IMG/VR virus record: IMGVR_UViG_3300038318_000128
Coordinates: 1 to 39,724 of that record
Length of the DNA stretch: 39,724 bases
Reading direction: 5' to 3' (one strand)
Origin: a virus
Taxonomy: Duplodnaviria; Caudoviricetes
The notes under the pieces are model-generated. The model worked only from the letters and a program-made list of their open reading frames with translations. It had not been told where the DNA came from and made no database searches. Made by a program: the position numbers and the translations under genes. Positions 9,234 to 17,148 of the stretch are shown piece after piece; within the stretch, counting starts at the first letter, position 1; the number at the start of each line of letters is the position of its first letter.

Positions 9234-9642
9234 CTTTTTTCGGTATTTTTACGAAAAAAATCGTCCCCCCGGACATAAAAAATCGTCCGATTTAGAAAAA
9301 AAACGTCCTTTTTTACAAAGTAAAAAGTAAAAAATCGGCGCGTGCGTTACATCTAATCCCTAGCCTATTCACAGGCCGCCAAGCGCGCCGATTTTTTTCG
9401 CGTTATTCTTATTATTAATAATTATTTCTTCTTTCTTTCTCTACTACCGGGTATAGAGATAAAAAACGGCTTTTACACTCTATATGTGGCCCTGCTAGGT
9501 CTCGTGACCATTTTTAAAACCGATTTTTTTAAATTTTGTTGTACTTCGCGCCGTTTTTTTAAAATTTTTTATTGTATTCGCGCCGATTTTTAGCTTAAAA
9601 AGACCGTTTTTTTATTTTTCTAAAAATTTTTTAAGACCGTGT
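9234..9642. repeat. Iteron-like array of A5-8(T)CG(G/T)C motifs in both orientations; replication origin candidate
   Basis: About 10 copies; perfect 14-bp inverted pair at 9329-9342/9384-9397; ~31-bp tandem units starting at 9520, 9551 and 9583. Confidence 0.6.
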
Positions 9643-9683
9643 AATTACCACACTTTTTAATCCTTGGATTTCCTATTTTTTAC

Positions 9684-9712
9684 TTTACTTTTTCGAGAAA
9701 ACAGTTTATACT
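9684..9712 (+). promoter_or_regulatory. Sigma-A-type early promoter
   Basis: TTTACT-N17-TATACT with T-tracts upstream. Confidence 0.7.
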
Positions 9713-9726
9713 ATAACTAGACCCTT

Positions 9727-9741
9727 TGATCTTTAAAAACT
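9727..9741 (+). promoter_or_regulatory. boxA-like antitermination element
   Basis: TGATCTTTAAAAACT lies ~8 nt after the predicted start site and closely resembles Firmicute rRNA-leader boxA (GTTCTTTGAAAACT). Confidence 0.6.
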
Positions 9742-9751
9742 ACACACAACA

Positions 9752-9956
9752 CCCCGGCCCCACACAAGGGCTAGGGCGCAACCTGCCCACAAAGTTCCCA
9801 GCTTTGTTGCGATAGGCAGGCTGACTGGCAGACTAGGGCGATGATCCTGACGAGGTCGCGAAGCACGGTGGAATTCCGTGGTTAGGTACGACAAAGCGAA
9901 CCAGCAGGGGGAACCAAGGACATGTAAAGTCTGAGCTCTAGAAAACGAAGGTCAGA
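9752..9956 (+). ncRNA. Unclassified structured leader RNA
   Basis: GC-rich, with no ORF in the track, inside AT-rich DNA; many complementary segments (see findings). Confidence 0.55.
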
Positions 9957-10031
9957 TAGTAATTAATTTTTTACCAAGTGCCGTATATTTTTACAGTATT
10001 TGGTTAAGAATTAATACAAGGAGGTTTGAAA

Positions 10032-10400
10032 ATGCGTAAAAAGAAAAACCAAGGGATGAACTGGATACGCCAAGAAAAGAGGTTAGCTATTTACATCAGA
10101 GACGGACTAGCTTGTGCTTATTGCGGTGCTACTCTTGAAGATACCAAAATGACGTTAGACCACATAATCCCATACTCAATGGGTGGTTCAAACGACCAAA
10201 CAAACCTAGTAACCTGTTGCCATAAGTGCAACTCTTCACGGGGAGCCAGAGAGCTCAGAGAATTTATTGATTCTGTATCTTCTTATACTCTACAGAATGC
10301 TGATAAGATTCACACTTACATACTTGAAACTGTTCAAAAACCGATAGATGTCAAAGCCGCCAAGAAGATAATTGCCGAAAGGAGACAAAAGGATGTATAA
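10032..10400 (+). CDS. HNH endonuclease
   Basis: RDGLACAYCG...LDHIIP.S.GG.N...NLVTCCHKCN; AGGAGG RBS. Confidence 0.92.
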   Translation: MRKKKNQGMNWIRQEKRLAIYIRDGLACAYCGATLEDTKMTLDHIIPYSMGGSNDQTNLVTCCHKCNSSRGARELREFIDSVSSYTLQNADKIHTYILETVQKPIDVKAAKKIIAERRQKDV

Positions 10401-11196
10401 AGAGACAGTAGTCAACCAAAATATCCTTAAACACTTCCACTTTAATAGCATACACGAGTTAACGCAGTTTATCGAAAATACTCCAGTAAACTCAATATTC
10501 TTGAGTAAGTCTATCCTGTCAAGTAAAAGTATAGACTCAAAAGGTTGGGCAGGCACACGTACTTATGAAGAAGCTTTTGAGCTTCTCAAAAAAGGTTGGA
10601 TTCCTGAGTCTAAGAGGTTAGCTAAAAAGATTCCTATTAATAATATAGCCGTCCAGAAGAAGAACGTGCTACCGCAGTATTCTGTGGCCGGATACCAAGC
10701 GTCTGTACCCCGATATCTACAAGGGATACCTACAAACATGATAACGTCCAAAGTTACCACCAAGAAACAAAAGATTATTACCATATATAAGAGCTTGAGC
10801 TATAACTCATCAACTCCTGGTGAGACAATAAAAGAAGAGGGGGTTAAAGCTCTACAAATAATACAAGAATTAGAGGCTCAGGGCTATCGAACGAAGTTGA
10901 TTATGTACTGGGCTTCTAGCTGTTTTAGAGAAGCTTGTGTTATGTCACTAGCAATTAAAAGACCAGAAGAGAGGTTATCTCTGGCTAAATCAGCATTTCC
11001 TCTAGCTCATCCCGCAATGCTTAGACGTATAGGGTTTGCTTTTATGGAGAGGCACCCGCACTTGACAGAAAACACTTTTTCTCGAGGTTATGGAGTATCC
11101 AATGGAGGCCTGTTTAAGCCTACAGATGGGGTAGTATTACCCAGCTTTATCCCAGACGTAGCCAAATTTATTAAGGAGGCATTTGTCAGTGAGTAA
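10393..11196 (+). CDS. Probable VWA-like/CobT-like partner of the adjacent AAA+ ATPase
   Basis: Overlaps the MoxR-type ATPase gene; VPRYLQG.P and HPAMLRR motifs; no canonical MIDAS motif seen. Confidence 0.5.
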   Translation: MYKETVVNQNILKHFHFNSIHELTQFIENTPVNSIFLSKSILSSKSIDSKGWAGTRTYEEAFELLKKGWIPESKRLAKKIPINNIAVQKKNVLPQYSVAGYQASVPRYLQGIPTNMITSKVTTKKQKIITIYKSLSYNSSTPGETIKEEGVKALQIIQELEAQGYRTKLIMYWASSCFREACVMSLAIKRPEERLSLAKSAFPLAHPAMLRRIGFAFMERHPHLTENTFSRGYGVSNGGLFKPTDGVVLPSFIPDVAKFIKEAFVSE

Positions 11197-12247
11197 ATTA
11201 CAAAACTTAAAGGTTGGAGACCAAGTTGCCCTGGTTAATTTCACTGGTAAGATGAGGATAGATACCCTAAAGATTGAAGAGATATACCTAGAGCCAGAAG
11301 ATTTGAAGTGCTACTATATCTGCCCCATGAAAAATGGGGTTAAAGGCAAATTTGACATATATACAGGCAGACAAGTTAATGTGGCAGAACCCAAATACGC
11401 CAACTTTATAATGCTCTTGGAAGATGCTCCAAAAAAGGTAAAAAAGGCCAAGCGTACCAAGGAGGTAGACTTTTCCCCTAGGAAAAAGGTTGTTCACGAG
11501 AAGCATGAGATAATCATGACTTGTATAAAGAGCGATATCCCGGTTTATTTGGTGGGCCCAGCAGGTTCGGGTAAAAACTATACTCTCCAGGATATAGCCA
11601 ATGAACTTGGACTAGACTTCTATTTTACCAACTCGATACAGCAAGAGTACAAAGTAACTGGGTTTATAGACGCTGGTGGCAACTATCACGAAACTGAGTT
11701 TTACAAAGCTTTCACTAACGGTGGTCTATTCTTCCTGGATGAAATGGATGCGTCTATCCCAGAAGTTCTGGTGCTTTTAAATGCGGCTATAGCAAACAAG
11801 TATTTCGAGTTCCCTACAGGCCGCAAAGAAGCGCATCCTAACTTCAGAGTTGTAGCCGCAGGAAATACTTGTGGCTCAGGAGCGGACGAGCTGTATACAG
11901 GAAGGCTGGTTCTTGATTCTGCTACTCTGGATAGGTTTGTAATAATCGAGTTTAACTATGACCGAAAGATAGAGTTGGCTTTAGCAGAAGGTAACGAAGC
12001 TCTAGTTAACTTCATACGCCAGATGCGCAAGTTTGCTGAAGATAATGGTATTAGAGCTACCTTCTCCTATCGTAGCATAATATCCACGGTTAAGCTGGAG
12101 AAAGCTGGAATTAAGCTCAGCGTGGTACTTAAAATAGCCATATTCAAGGGGCTTGATAAAGACACAATAAACACTTTCAGAACAGACTATAACTTAGGCA
12201 AGTCTGGGCGTTACCACTTCGCTTTACAAGAGCTACAATCAGCTTAA
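11189..12247 (+). CDS. MoxR/CbbQ/CobS-like AAA+ ATPase with an extra N-terminal domain
   Basis: GPAGSGK, FFLDEMD, HPNFRVVAAGN, LDSATLDRF. Confidence 0.88.
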   Translation: MSKLQNLKVGDQVALVNFTGKMRIDTLKIEEIYLEPEDLKCYYICPMKNGVKGKFDIYTGRQVNVAEPKYANFIMLLEDAPKKVKKAKRTKEVDFSPRKKVVHEKHEIIMTCIKSDIPVYLVGPAGSGKNYTLQDIANELGLDFYFTNSIQQEYKVTGFIDAGGNYHETEFYKAFTNGGLFFLDEMDASIPEVLVLLNAAIANKYFEFPTGRKEAHPNFRVVAAGNTCGSGADELYTGRLVLDSATLDRFVIIEFNYDRKIELALAEGNEALVNFIRQMRKFAEDNGIRATFSYRSIISTVKLEKAGIKLSVVLKIAIFKGLDKDTINTFRTDYNLGKSGRYHFALQELQSA

Positions 12248-12265
12248 AATAAAGGGGGTGAGCTA

Positions 12266-12448
12266 GTGACTATAGAGATACAAGAGTGGGATGGCCCAGA
12301 ATTTGCTGAAGAATGGGGGGACTGTTTAGAAGAGAGTGTAGACTTATCAGCTATAACAAGAGGCTGGGTAATTACCTTCTGGGATTATGATTTTTCTGGA
12401 GGGGAAAAATGTTTTGCTTGGATTTCTGACAGAAAGGAGGGGATATAA
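12266..12448 (+). CDS. Small acidic hypothetical protein
   Basis: GGGGG RBS, GTG start, coupled to the next ORF. Confidence 0.55.
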   Translation: MTIEIQEWDGPEFAEEWGDCLEESVDLSAITRGWVITFWDYDFSGGEKCFAWISDRKEGI

Positions 12449-12618
12449 TGAGAAAATTGGGAGTAACAAAGGACCATTATTATCAGGAGCGATACGAAAA
12501 TAATGGCTACATAATAACTGAAGGCCCAACAACGGGATATTTAATTTGGAAAGATCACGAAGTGGTAAAAGCGGTTAGGACCTTATTAGAAGCAGAAGAA
12601 TTTACAACCAATAACTAG
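12448..12618 (+). CDS. Small hypothetical protein (56 aa, not in the ORF track)
   Basis: GGAGGGG RBS and TAATG overlap; MRKLGVTKDHYYQERYENNG... Confidence 0.6.
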   Translation: MRKLGVTKDHYYQERYENNGYIITEGPTTGYLIWKDHEVVKAVRTLLEAEEFTTNN

Positions 12619-12702
12619 CCACCCTGACGAGACCCAAGTGGAAGCCATAGCCGACAGCCGGGCCGGGCGGCAAATCCCGGCAGAAAGGAGGTGGTATACT
12701 GA

Positions 12703-12831
12703 TTGATTCTTCACTATTCGGGTAAGGTTAAGCACCTTACCCAATTTCTCAACATATTGTCTGTGATCTATGGGGATATCCAATTAAAAGAATTTAGGGA
12801 GGTAAAATTATGTCAAATTTGGAAAAGGTAA
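12703..12831 (+). CDS. Small hypothetical protein (42 aa, not in the ORF track)
   Basis: AAGGAGGTG RBS before TTG; MILHYSGKVKHLTQF... Confidence 0.4.
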   Translation: MILHYSGKVKHLTQFLNILSVIYGDIQLKEFREVKLCQIWKR

Positions 12832-13286
12832 AAAAGGGAGATACCGTTGTAATGCTGGGGTTTACTGGTATGAATCTTGGGGAATTTACCGTGACTGGAG
12901 CTACCAAGGCTGAGCTGAGTATAGAAGCCAAGAATGGCTCTACTCTCAAATTCTCCAGGAAGTCTGGAAAACAAGTTAACGTGGAAGAAGGCAAGGAAAG
13001 GTACGCTAACAAGATTGTTCTCTCGGAAGATGCCCCGGCTAAGAAAGAAAGGAAAAAGCCAGCAAAACCTGTTAAGCCTGTAGAGATTGTCGAAGAAGAT
13101 GACGATGACGAAGATTTTGGTGATGGGATTCTTGCCAGCATGACTCTCTCTGAGCTGTTTGAATATGCTGAAGAGGAAGGCATCGACCTCTCTAAGCTCA
13201 ACAAGAAACAGCGTAAGGATAAAGCTACTGTAATAGAGGCAATCAAAGAAGGCCAAGAAGATGACGAGTGGGAGGATGCTGAATAA
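12810..13286 (+). CDS. Hypothetical protein: N-domain paralogous to the AAA+ N-domain, acidic linker, HeH/Rho-N-like C-terminus
   Basis: GGAGG RBS; MTLSELFEYAEEEGID resembles helix-extended-helix domains. Confidence 0.7.
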   Translation: MSNLEKVKKGDTVVMLGFTGMNLGEFTVTGATKAELSIEAKNGSTLKFSRKSGKQVNVEEGKERYANKIVLSEDAPAKKERKKPAKPVKPVEIVEEDDDDEDFGDGILASMTLSELFEYAEEEGIDLSKLNKKQRKDKATVIEAIKEGQEDDEWEDAE

Positions 13287-13288
13287 CT

Positions 13289-13351
13289 TGCAGAGTGGCA
13301 CAGGGGCTAAAAACCCCTGTGTTAATGCGCGATCACGGTCACAAGCCCGTG
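13289..13351 (+). ncRNA. Twister ribozyme, type-P5 permutation (possibly a variant)
   Basis: UGCA-GAGUG, P1 GCACAGGGG/CCCCUGUGU, UAA, UGC-GC, P4 CACGG/CCGUG with loop UCACAAGC; pseudoknot T1 is CAC/GUG. Confidence 0.75.
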
Positions 13352-13372
13352 CTATTTAAGGAGGTTATTATA

Positions 13373-13774
13373 ATGAAAGAGATTAAAACCTTTGGAGGAT
13401 TCCGTAGATGGATAGTTAGGGAGTTTAAAGAAAAGTTAAGTAAAGACATGATTGAAATGCTTAAAGAAGTGGACTATGAAGGCCCAGAATTGACTTGGGC
13501 CTATAACTGCTGGTTTGAGTATAATTGCCTAAAAGGTGAGGGATGTGTAGATGAGGTTATAAGGGCTGTAGTGAATGACGAGATTATGGGCTTACCTGCT
13601 TGGGCAAGGAGGGAGGAAGTTTATATTGGTATCTGGAGAAACAAAAAACAAGGAGGTGTTGTAGCCGCTTTTGAATTAAAAGAAGGTATTCTAGTGTCTC
13701 ATAAAACAGGTATTCATGCCACTGTTTCAAAAGACTGGTTCTATTCCAACTTTAAAAAGGAGGCAAGCCTATGA
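13373..13774 (+). CDS. Hypothetical protein
   Basis: Start moved to ATG 13373, which has an AAGGAGG RBS. Confidence 0.7.
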   Translation: MKEIKTFGGFRRWIVREFKEKLSKDMIEMLKEVDYEGPELTWAYNCWFEYNCLKGEGCVDEVIRAVVNDEIMGLPAWARREEVYIGIWRNKKQGGVVAAFELKEGILVSHKTGIHATVSKDWFYSNFKKEASL

Positions 13775-14697
13775 TAAAAGTGAGCTATTCACGGGTAAGC
13801 AACTATCTTAGTTGCCCACAGAAACACCATTTTAAGTACATCCAAGATATAGCTACTAAAACTCGTAACCGTCCATTGTCTTTCGGCAAAGACTATCACA
13901 CTCTGCTACAATTCAAAGACCCAGCAATCTTAGAGGATATCGAGCAAGCCTATTACGATTTACCTGCTAAAGATCAAGAGCTATTGGGTGATGATTACTT
14001 AGATGACCTAAAGATTATTTATAGCGATTATTGCGAAGTATGGAAAGACGCAGAAAAACCTGTAGAAACAGAGCATGAATTTTTGATACCTATTGGTAAA
14101 TACAAAGGCGAAGAGATATTATTCCACGGCTTCATCGATGAGCTATATGAGGATGGAACTTTGGGAGAACACAAGACTTTCAATTATAAGCCAGATATGG
14201 CCTTATTAGCCATGAATCTACAAGTTTGTCTGTACGCTAAAGCCCGATACCTAGAGACAGGTAAATTGCCTAGTGCAATTTTATGGGATTATTCAAGAAG
14301 CGTACCAGCTTCCAAGCCTATTTGGTTAAAGTCTGGTAAATTCAGCGAAGCCAATAATAGCAATATAACTCACCTAAGTTGGTTAAGAGCTTGTAAAGAA
14401 AGGGGGATAGATGACCCAAAAATACTGGAAAAGGCCAAAAATTATGAACCCAATATATCTAACTTTTTCTTTCGTTGCCGTATAGAGATAGTACCTACCA
14501 TGGTAAATGTGGCCTGGGACAGCTTTAAAAAGCTAACCAAGGAGATTATAACAAAGGGGGGAGATAACCAAATAAAGAACATCAGCAGGGACTGTACTTG
14601 GTGCGATTATAAGCCTATCTGTTTCGCACAATTTACTGGGGCTGATGTAGACTACGTTATAGAGACAGACTATATAAAAGGAGGTAGAAATGGATAA
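13771..14697 (+). CDS. PD-(D/E)XK RecB/Cas4-like exonuclease
   Basis: SYSR...YLSCP, GFID, EHKT, QVCLY and C-terminal CTWCDYKPIC (four-Cys Fe-S staple). Confidence 0.88.
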   Translation: MIKVSYSRVSNYLSCPQKHHFKYIQDIATKTRNRPLSFGKDYHTLLQFKDPAILEDIEQAYYDLPAKDQELLGDDYLDDLKIIYSDYCEVWKDAEKPVETEHEFLIPIGKYKGEEILFHGFIDELYEDGTLGEHKTFNYKPDMALLAMNLQVCLYAKARYLETGKLPSAILWDYSRSVPASKPIWLKSGKFSEANNSNITHLSWLRACKERGIDDPKILEKAKNYEPNISNFFFRCRIEIVPTMVNVAWDSFKKLTKEIITKGGDNQIKNISRDCTWCDYKPICFAQFTGADVDYVIETDYIKGGRNG

Positions 14698-14932
14698 TTT
14701 TGTAAAAGTATCTATTGAGTGGGATGTTGGTAGAGACACTGTTAGCGAAGTAACGCAAGGAGAGGGTATGGTAACAGTAATAAAATTACCAGATTCCAAC
14801 ACAACTAAGACAATTATCTGTGGGAATTTGTCTACAATGGGTGTTATAGGGCTTATCCATGTCCTAGACAAAGCCAAAGAAGCTCTAGTAGAGCACCTAA
14901 AAGAGCAGGAGATAACTTATGGGTTATCTTGA
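14690..14932 (+). CDS. Hypothetical protein
   Basis: AGGAGG RBS; overlaps both neighbours. Confidence 0.65.
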   Translation: MDNFVKVSIEWDVGRDTVSEVTQGEGMVTVIKLPDSNTTKTIICGNLSTMGVIGLIHVLDKAKEALVEHLKEQEITYGLS

Positions 14933-15656
14933 TGATGCTGTAGGTATATCTAAGCTGAATCAATCAAATCTTTGGGTTATCTATGGCAAGAGTACAAGCG
15001 GTAAGACTGAACTGCTTTCAACTTTTCCCAAAAAGTTGCTGTACCTGAGGGTAGGAGATGACGGTAGCAATACCATACGTGACAAGAAGGGCATAAAAGC
15101 TATCGAAGTTACAGAGTTATCTCAACTGCTTGATATAGCTCAAGAGCTCAAGAAAGATTCTACCTATACTACAGTGGCTGTGGATACTTTTGGCTTAGTT
15201 GTTAACGAGTGGATAAACCAGAACGCCATACAAAAGAAAAGGAGAGTAAGTCAGCAAATGTGGGGAGATATCAAGACAGATACAGAAGAGCTGATTAAAG
15301 TGTTCCACACATTAGCTAAAGACAAGATAGTTGTGCTAACTTGTCACGAAGTAGCAGATTCTATAGAAGGGTTTGAGGATGAGATAACCCCAGATATACG
15401 ACCCAATGTATCTAAAGGAGCTAGAACTTACTTGGAAGCTATGGCTAATTATGGTATTCACACTACAGTAGTTAGCGTAGACAAGGAGAAGCCAGACGGT
15501 TCCCTAACCCCTGTAACACGATATGCGGCTCATATAGCCACTAACCCATATTACTGGGTTAAGCTACAGAAGCCGTCAACAATTAAGGTTCCTAAGTTGG
15601 TGTATAATCCAACTTATGACAAAATAATTAAATTAATGAAAGGAGACAAGAGCTGA
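14919..15656 (+). CDS. Sak4-like / AAA_24 recombination ATPase
   Basis: IYGKSTSGKT, VAVDT, LTCHE; lies between the exonuclease and SSB genes. Confidence 0.82.
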   Translation: MGYLDDAVGISKLNQSNLWVIYGKSTSGKTELLSTFPKKLLYLRVGDDGSNTIRDKKGIKAIEVTELSQLLDIAQELKKDSTYTTVAVDTFGLVVNEWINQNAIQKKRRVSQQMWGDIKTDTEELIKVFHTLAKDKIVVLTCHEVADSIEGFEDEITPDIRPNVSKGARTYLEAMANYGIHTTVVSVDKEKPDGSLTPVTRYAAHIATNPYYWVKLQKPSTIKVPKLVYNPTYDKIIKLMKGDKS

Positions 15657-16105
15657 TGGCAAAGGTTAAGGTGGATTTTACTGGAGTAGAGACAAGTTTT
15701 AGATGTGAGGAGGGTCAGCAAGTTGCCCGGCTTATAAAGCTGGAGGAGACAGAGAGTCAAAGTGGCTCAGATATGCTAGCCGCAACCTTTGAAGTAATTA
15801 AGGGTAAGAGTAAAGGTTCCAAGGTTTATGATAACTTTGTCCTGACGGAGAAAGCACTGTGGAAGTTGAAGAGTTATCTACAGGCTGTTGGTGTAAAGGC
15901 TGATGGAAAAGTTGTAATTGACCTGGATAAGATGGTTGGTAAAGTCTGTATAATCGAGGTATTCCACGAAGAGTATAAGAATCAGCTTAGAGCCAAGATT
16001 TCTGACTTCCTGCCTTTGGCTGAGGAAGAAGAGAAGCCCAGTAAGGGCAAAAAGTCCAAAAAGGTTGAGGATGATGACTGGGATGACGATTGGGAAGAAG
16101 ATTAG
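15656..16105 (+). CDS. Single-stranded DNA-binding protein (DUF669-like)
   Basis: OB-fold-like core, ALWKLK, acidic C-terminal tail. Confidence 0.8.
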   Translation: MAKVKVDFTGVETSFRCEEGQQVARLIKLEETESQSGSDMLAATFEVIKGKSKGSKVYDNFVLTEKALWKLKSYLQAVGVKADGKVVIDLDKMVGKVCIIEVFHEEYKNQLRAKISDFLPLAEEEEKPSKGKKSKKVEDDDWDDDWEED

Positions 16106-16113
16106 GTAACTGT

Positions 16114-16145
16114 AAAGGGGGCATAATGCCCCCTTATTTTATTTT
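16114..16145 (+). terminator. Intrinsic terminator
   Basis: AAGGGGGCAT-A-ATGCCCCCTT inverted repeat followed by ATTTTATTTT. Confidence 0.7.
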
Positions 16146-16161
16146 ATTAGGAGGCAGATGA

Positions 16162-17148
16162 ATGGGTAAATTTGATATACCAGGCGATACAGGACATTTC
16201 TGGAGGTTACGCAAATTTATAGATTATTATGCCCTTGGAGATATTGACGCGAACTTTCCGCTATTAATTAGGTACGCAGATAACCATAATCTATCTGTAA
16301 ATGACAGATTTTGGTTGTCTTTTCTGTACTCTTCTTGTTACTGTGTACCTACCACGTGTTTTTTATTCGAAAAACTACCACTAGATAAAGTAACTATGCA
16401 GAGAGCTGAAAAATTTTGGAAAAACTTTAAAGAACCTCTAATATTCCAAACAGACAAGAGATATGTCAAGAATATGAACTGGTTTGTACCTATGGTAGAT
16501 AATTGGTTAAAGACTGTAGGCAAAAACCCCAGCAAGTTTTTTAAAGCTCTTGAAGGTTCCACAATAGAGCAAACTTATAATAACTTGTACCGGGAGATAA
16601 AAAGCTGGAGATATTTTGGTAGATTCACCACATTCCTGTTGATTGAAGCTATACACAAACTTACCCCTCTTAAAGCAGATTCTGCTTGGTTTGATTGGAA
16701 AAATGGGGATACTGCTACCAGCGGAATGATGCATATATTGTATCTAGATGAAGAAGCAGAATCCTTTGATTTTTCAAAGAAAATCGCCCCAGATACCTTG
16801 AAACTATTGGATAAAAGACTACCTCAAGTAATTAAGGCTATTCAAAAAAAGCAACCTAACGTCAATATAACTGACTTAGAGACAGCTCTTTGCGGGTTCA
16901 GGAAGTTGTTCAAAGCTACTCGCTATGGAGGTTACTATATAGACAGGGTACAAACAGAAATAGCTACTCTTCAAGATTATATGCCTAGATACAATTACAT
17001 ATGGGAAGAATTGTGGAAATACCGTTTAGAAGCGTTTGATCACAAACTATTGGGCGAAGTTCAAGGTTGGAAAGGTATAAGGAAAGACTTGAACCAGCAA
17101 TGGCTAGAGAAAGGACTTACTGGTGCCGAGAATTTTGGTAAACATTAG
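16162..17148 (+). CDS. Amino acid:DNA transferase (aGPT-PPlase clade 2 / AADT-like, HhH glycosylase fold)
   Basis: GDID, RFWL.FLY...Y, FQTDKRY, FGRFTTFLLIE, LETALCGFRK and Y.GYYIDR motifs; adjacent to a P-loop kinase. Confidence 0.8.
   Translation: MGKFDIPGDTGHFWRLRKFIDYYALGDIDANFPLLIRYADNHNLSVNDRFWLSFLYSSCYCVPTTCFLFEKLPLDKVTMQRAEKFWKNFKEPLIFQTDKRYVKNMNWFVPMVDNWLKTVGKNPSKFFKALEGSTIEQTYNNLYREIKSWRYFGRFTTFLLIEAIHKLTPLKADSAWFDWKNGDTATSGMMHILYLDEEAESFDFSKKIAPDTLKLLDKRLPQVIKAIQKKQPNVNITDLETALCGFRKLFKATRYGGYYIDRVQTEIATLQDYMPRYNYIWEELWKYRLEAFDHKLLGEVQGWKGIRKDLNQQWLEKGLTGAENFGKH

Noticed and set aside
9847-9890. Hammerhead ribozyme suggested by CTGACGA...CGAA
   Set aside because: GAAG instead of GAAA, essentially no stem II, and no NUH between stems III and I
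9877-9920. Pistol ribozyme suggested by CGTGGTTAGG
   Set aside because: No downstream strand complementary to the loop and no P2/P3 arrangement
9720-10400. IscB/HEARO-type RNA-guided HNH system
   Set aside because: The HNH protein is only ~122 aa with no RuvC or PLMP region, and there are no transposon ends
12624-12690. Canonical hammerhead (CTGACGA ... GAAA)
   Set aside because: Stem III and the cleavage triplet are missing; kept only as an unclassified element
13295-13372. N-terminal extension of ORF 13295..13774
   Set aside because: It has no RBS and overlaps the ribozyme-like structure; the strong RBS serves ATG 13373
13771-14697. CRISPR-Cas locus (Cas4-like protein)
   Set aside because: No repeat-spacer array or other cas genes; it sits in a standard exonuclease-Sak4-SSB module
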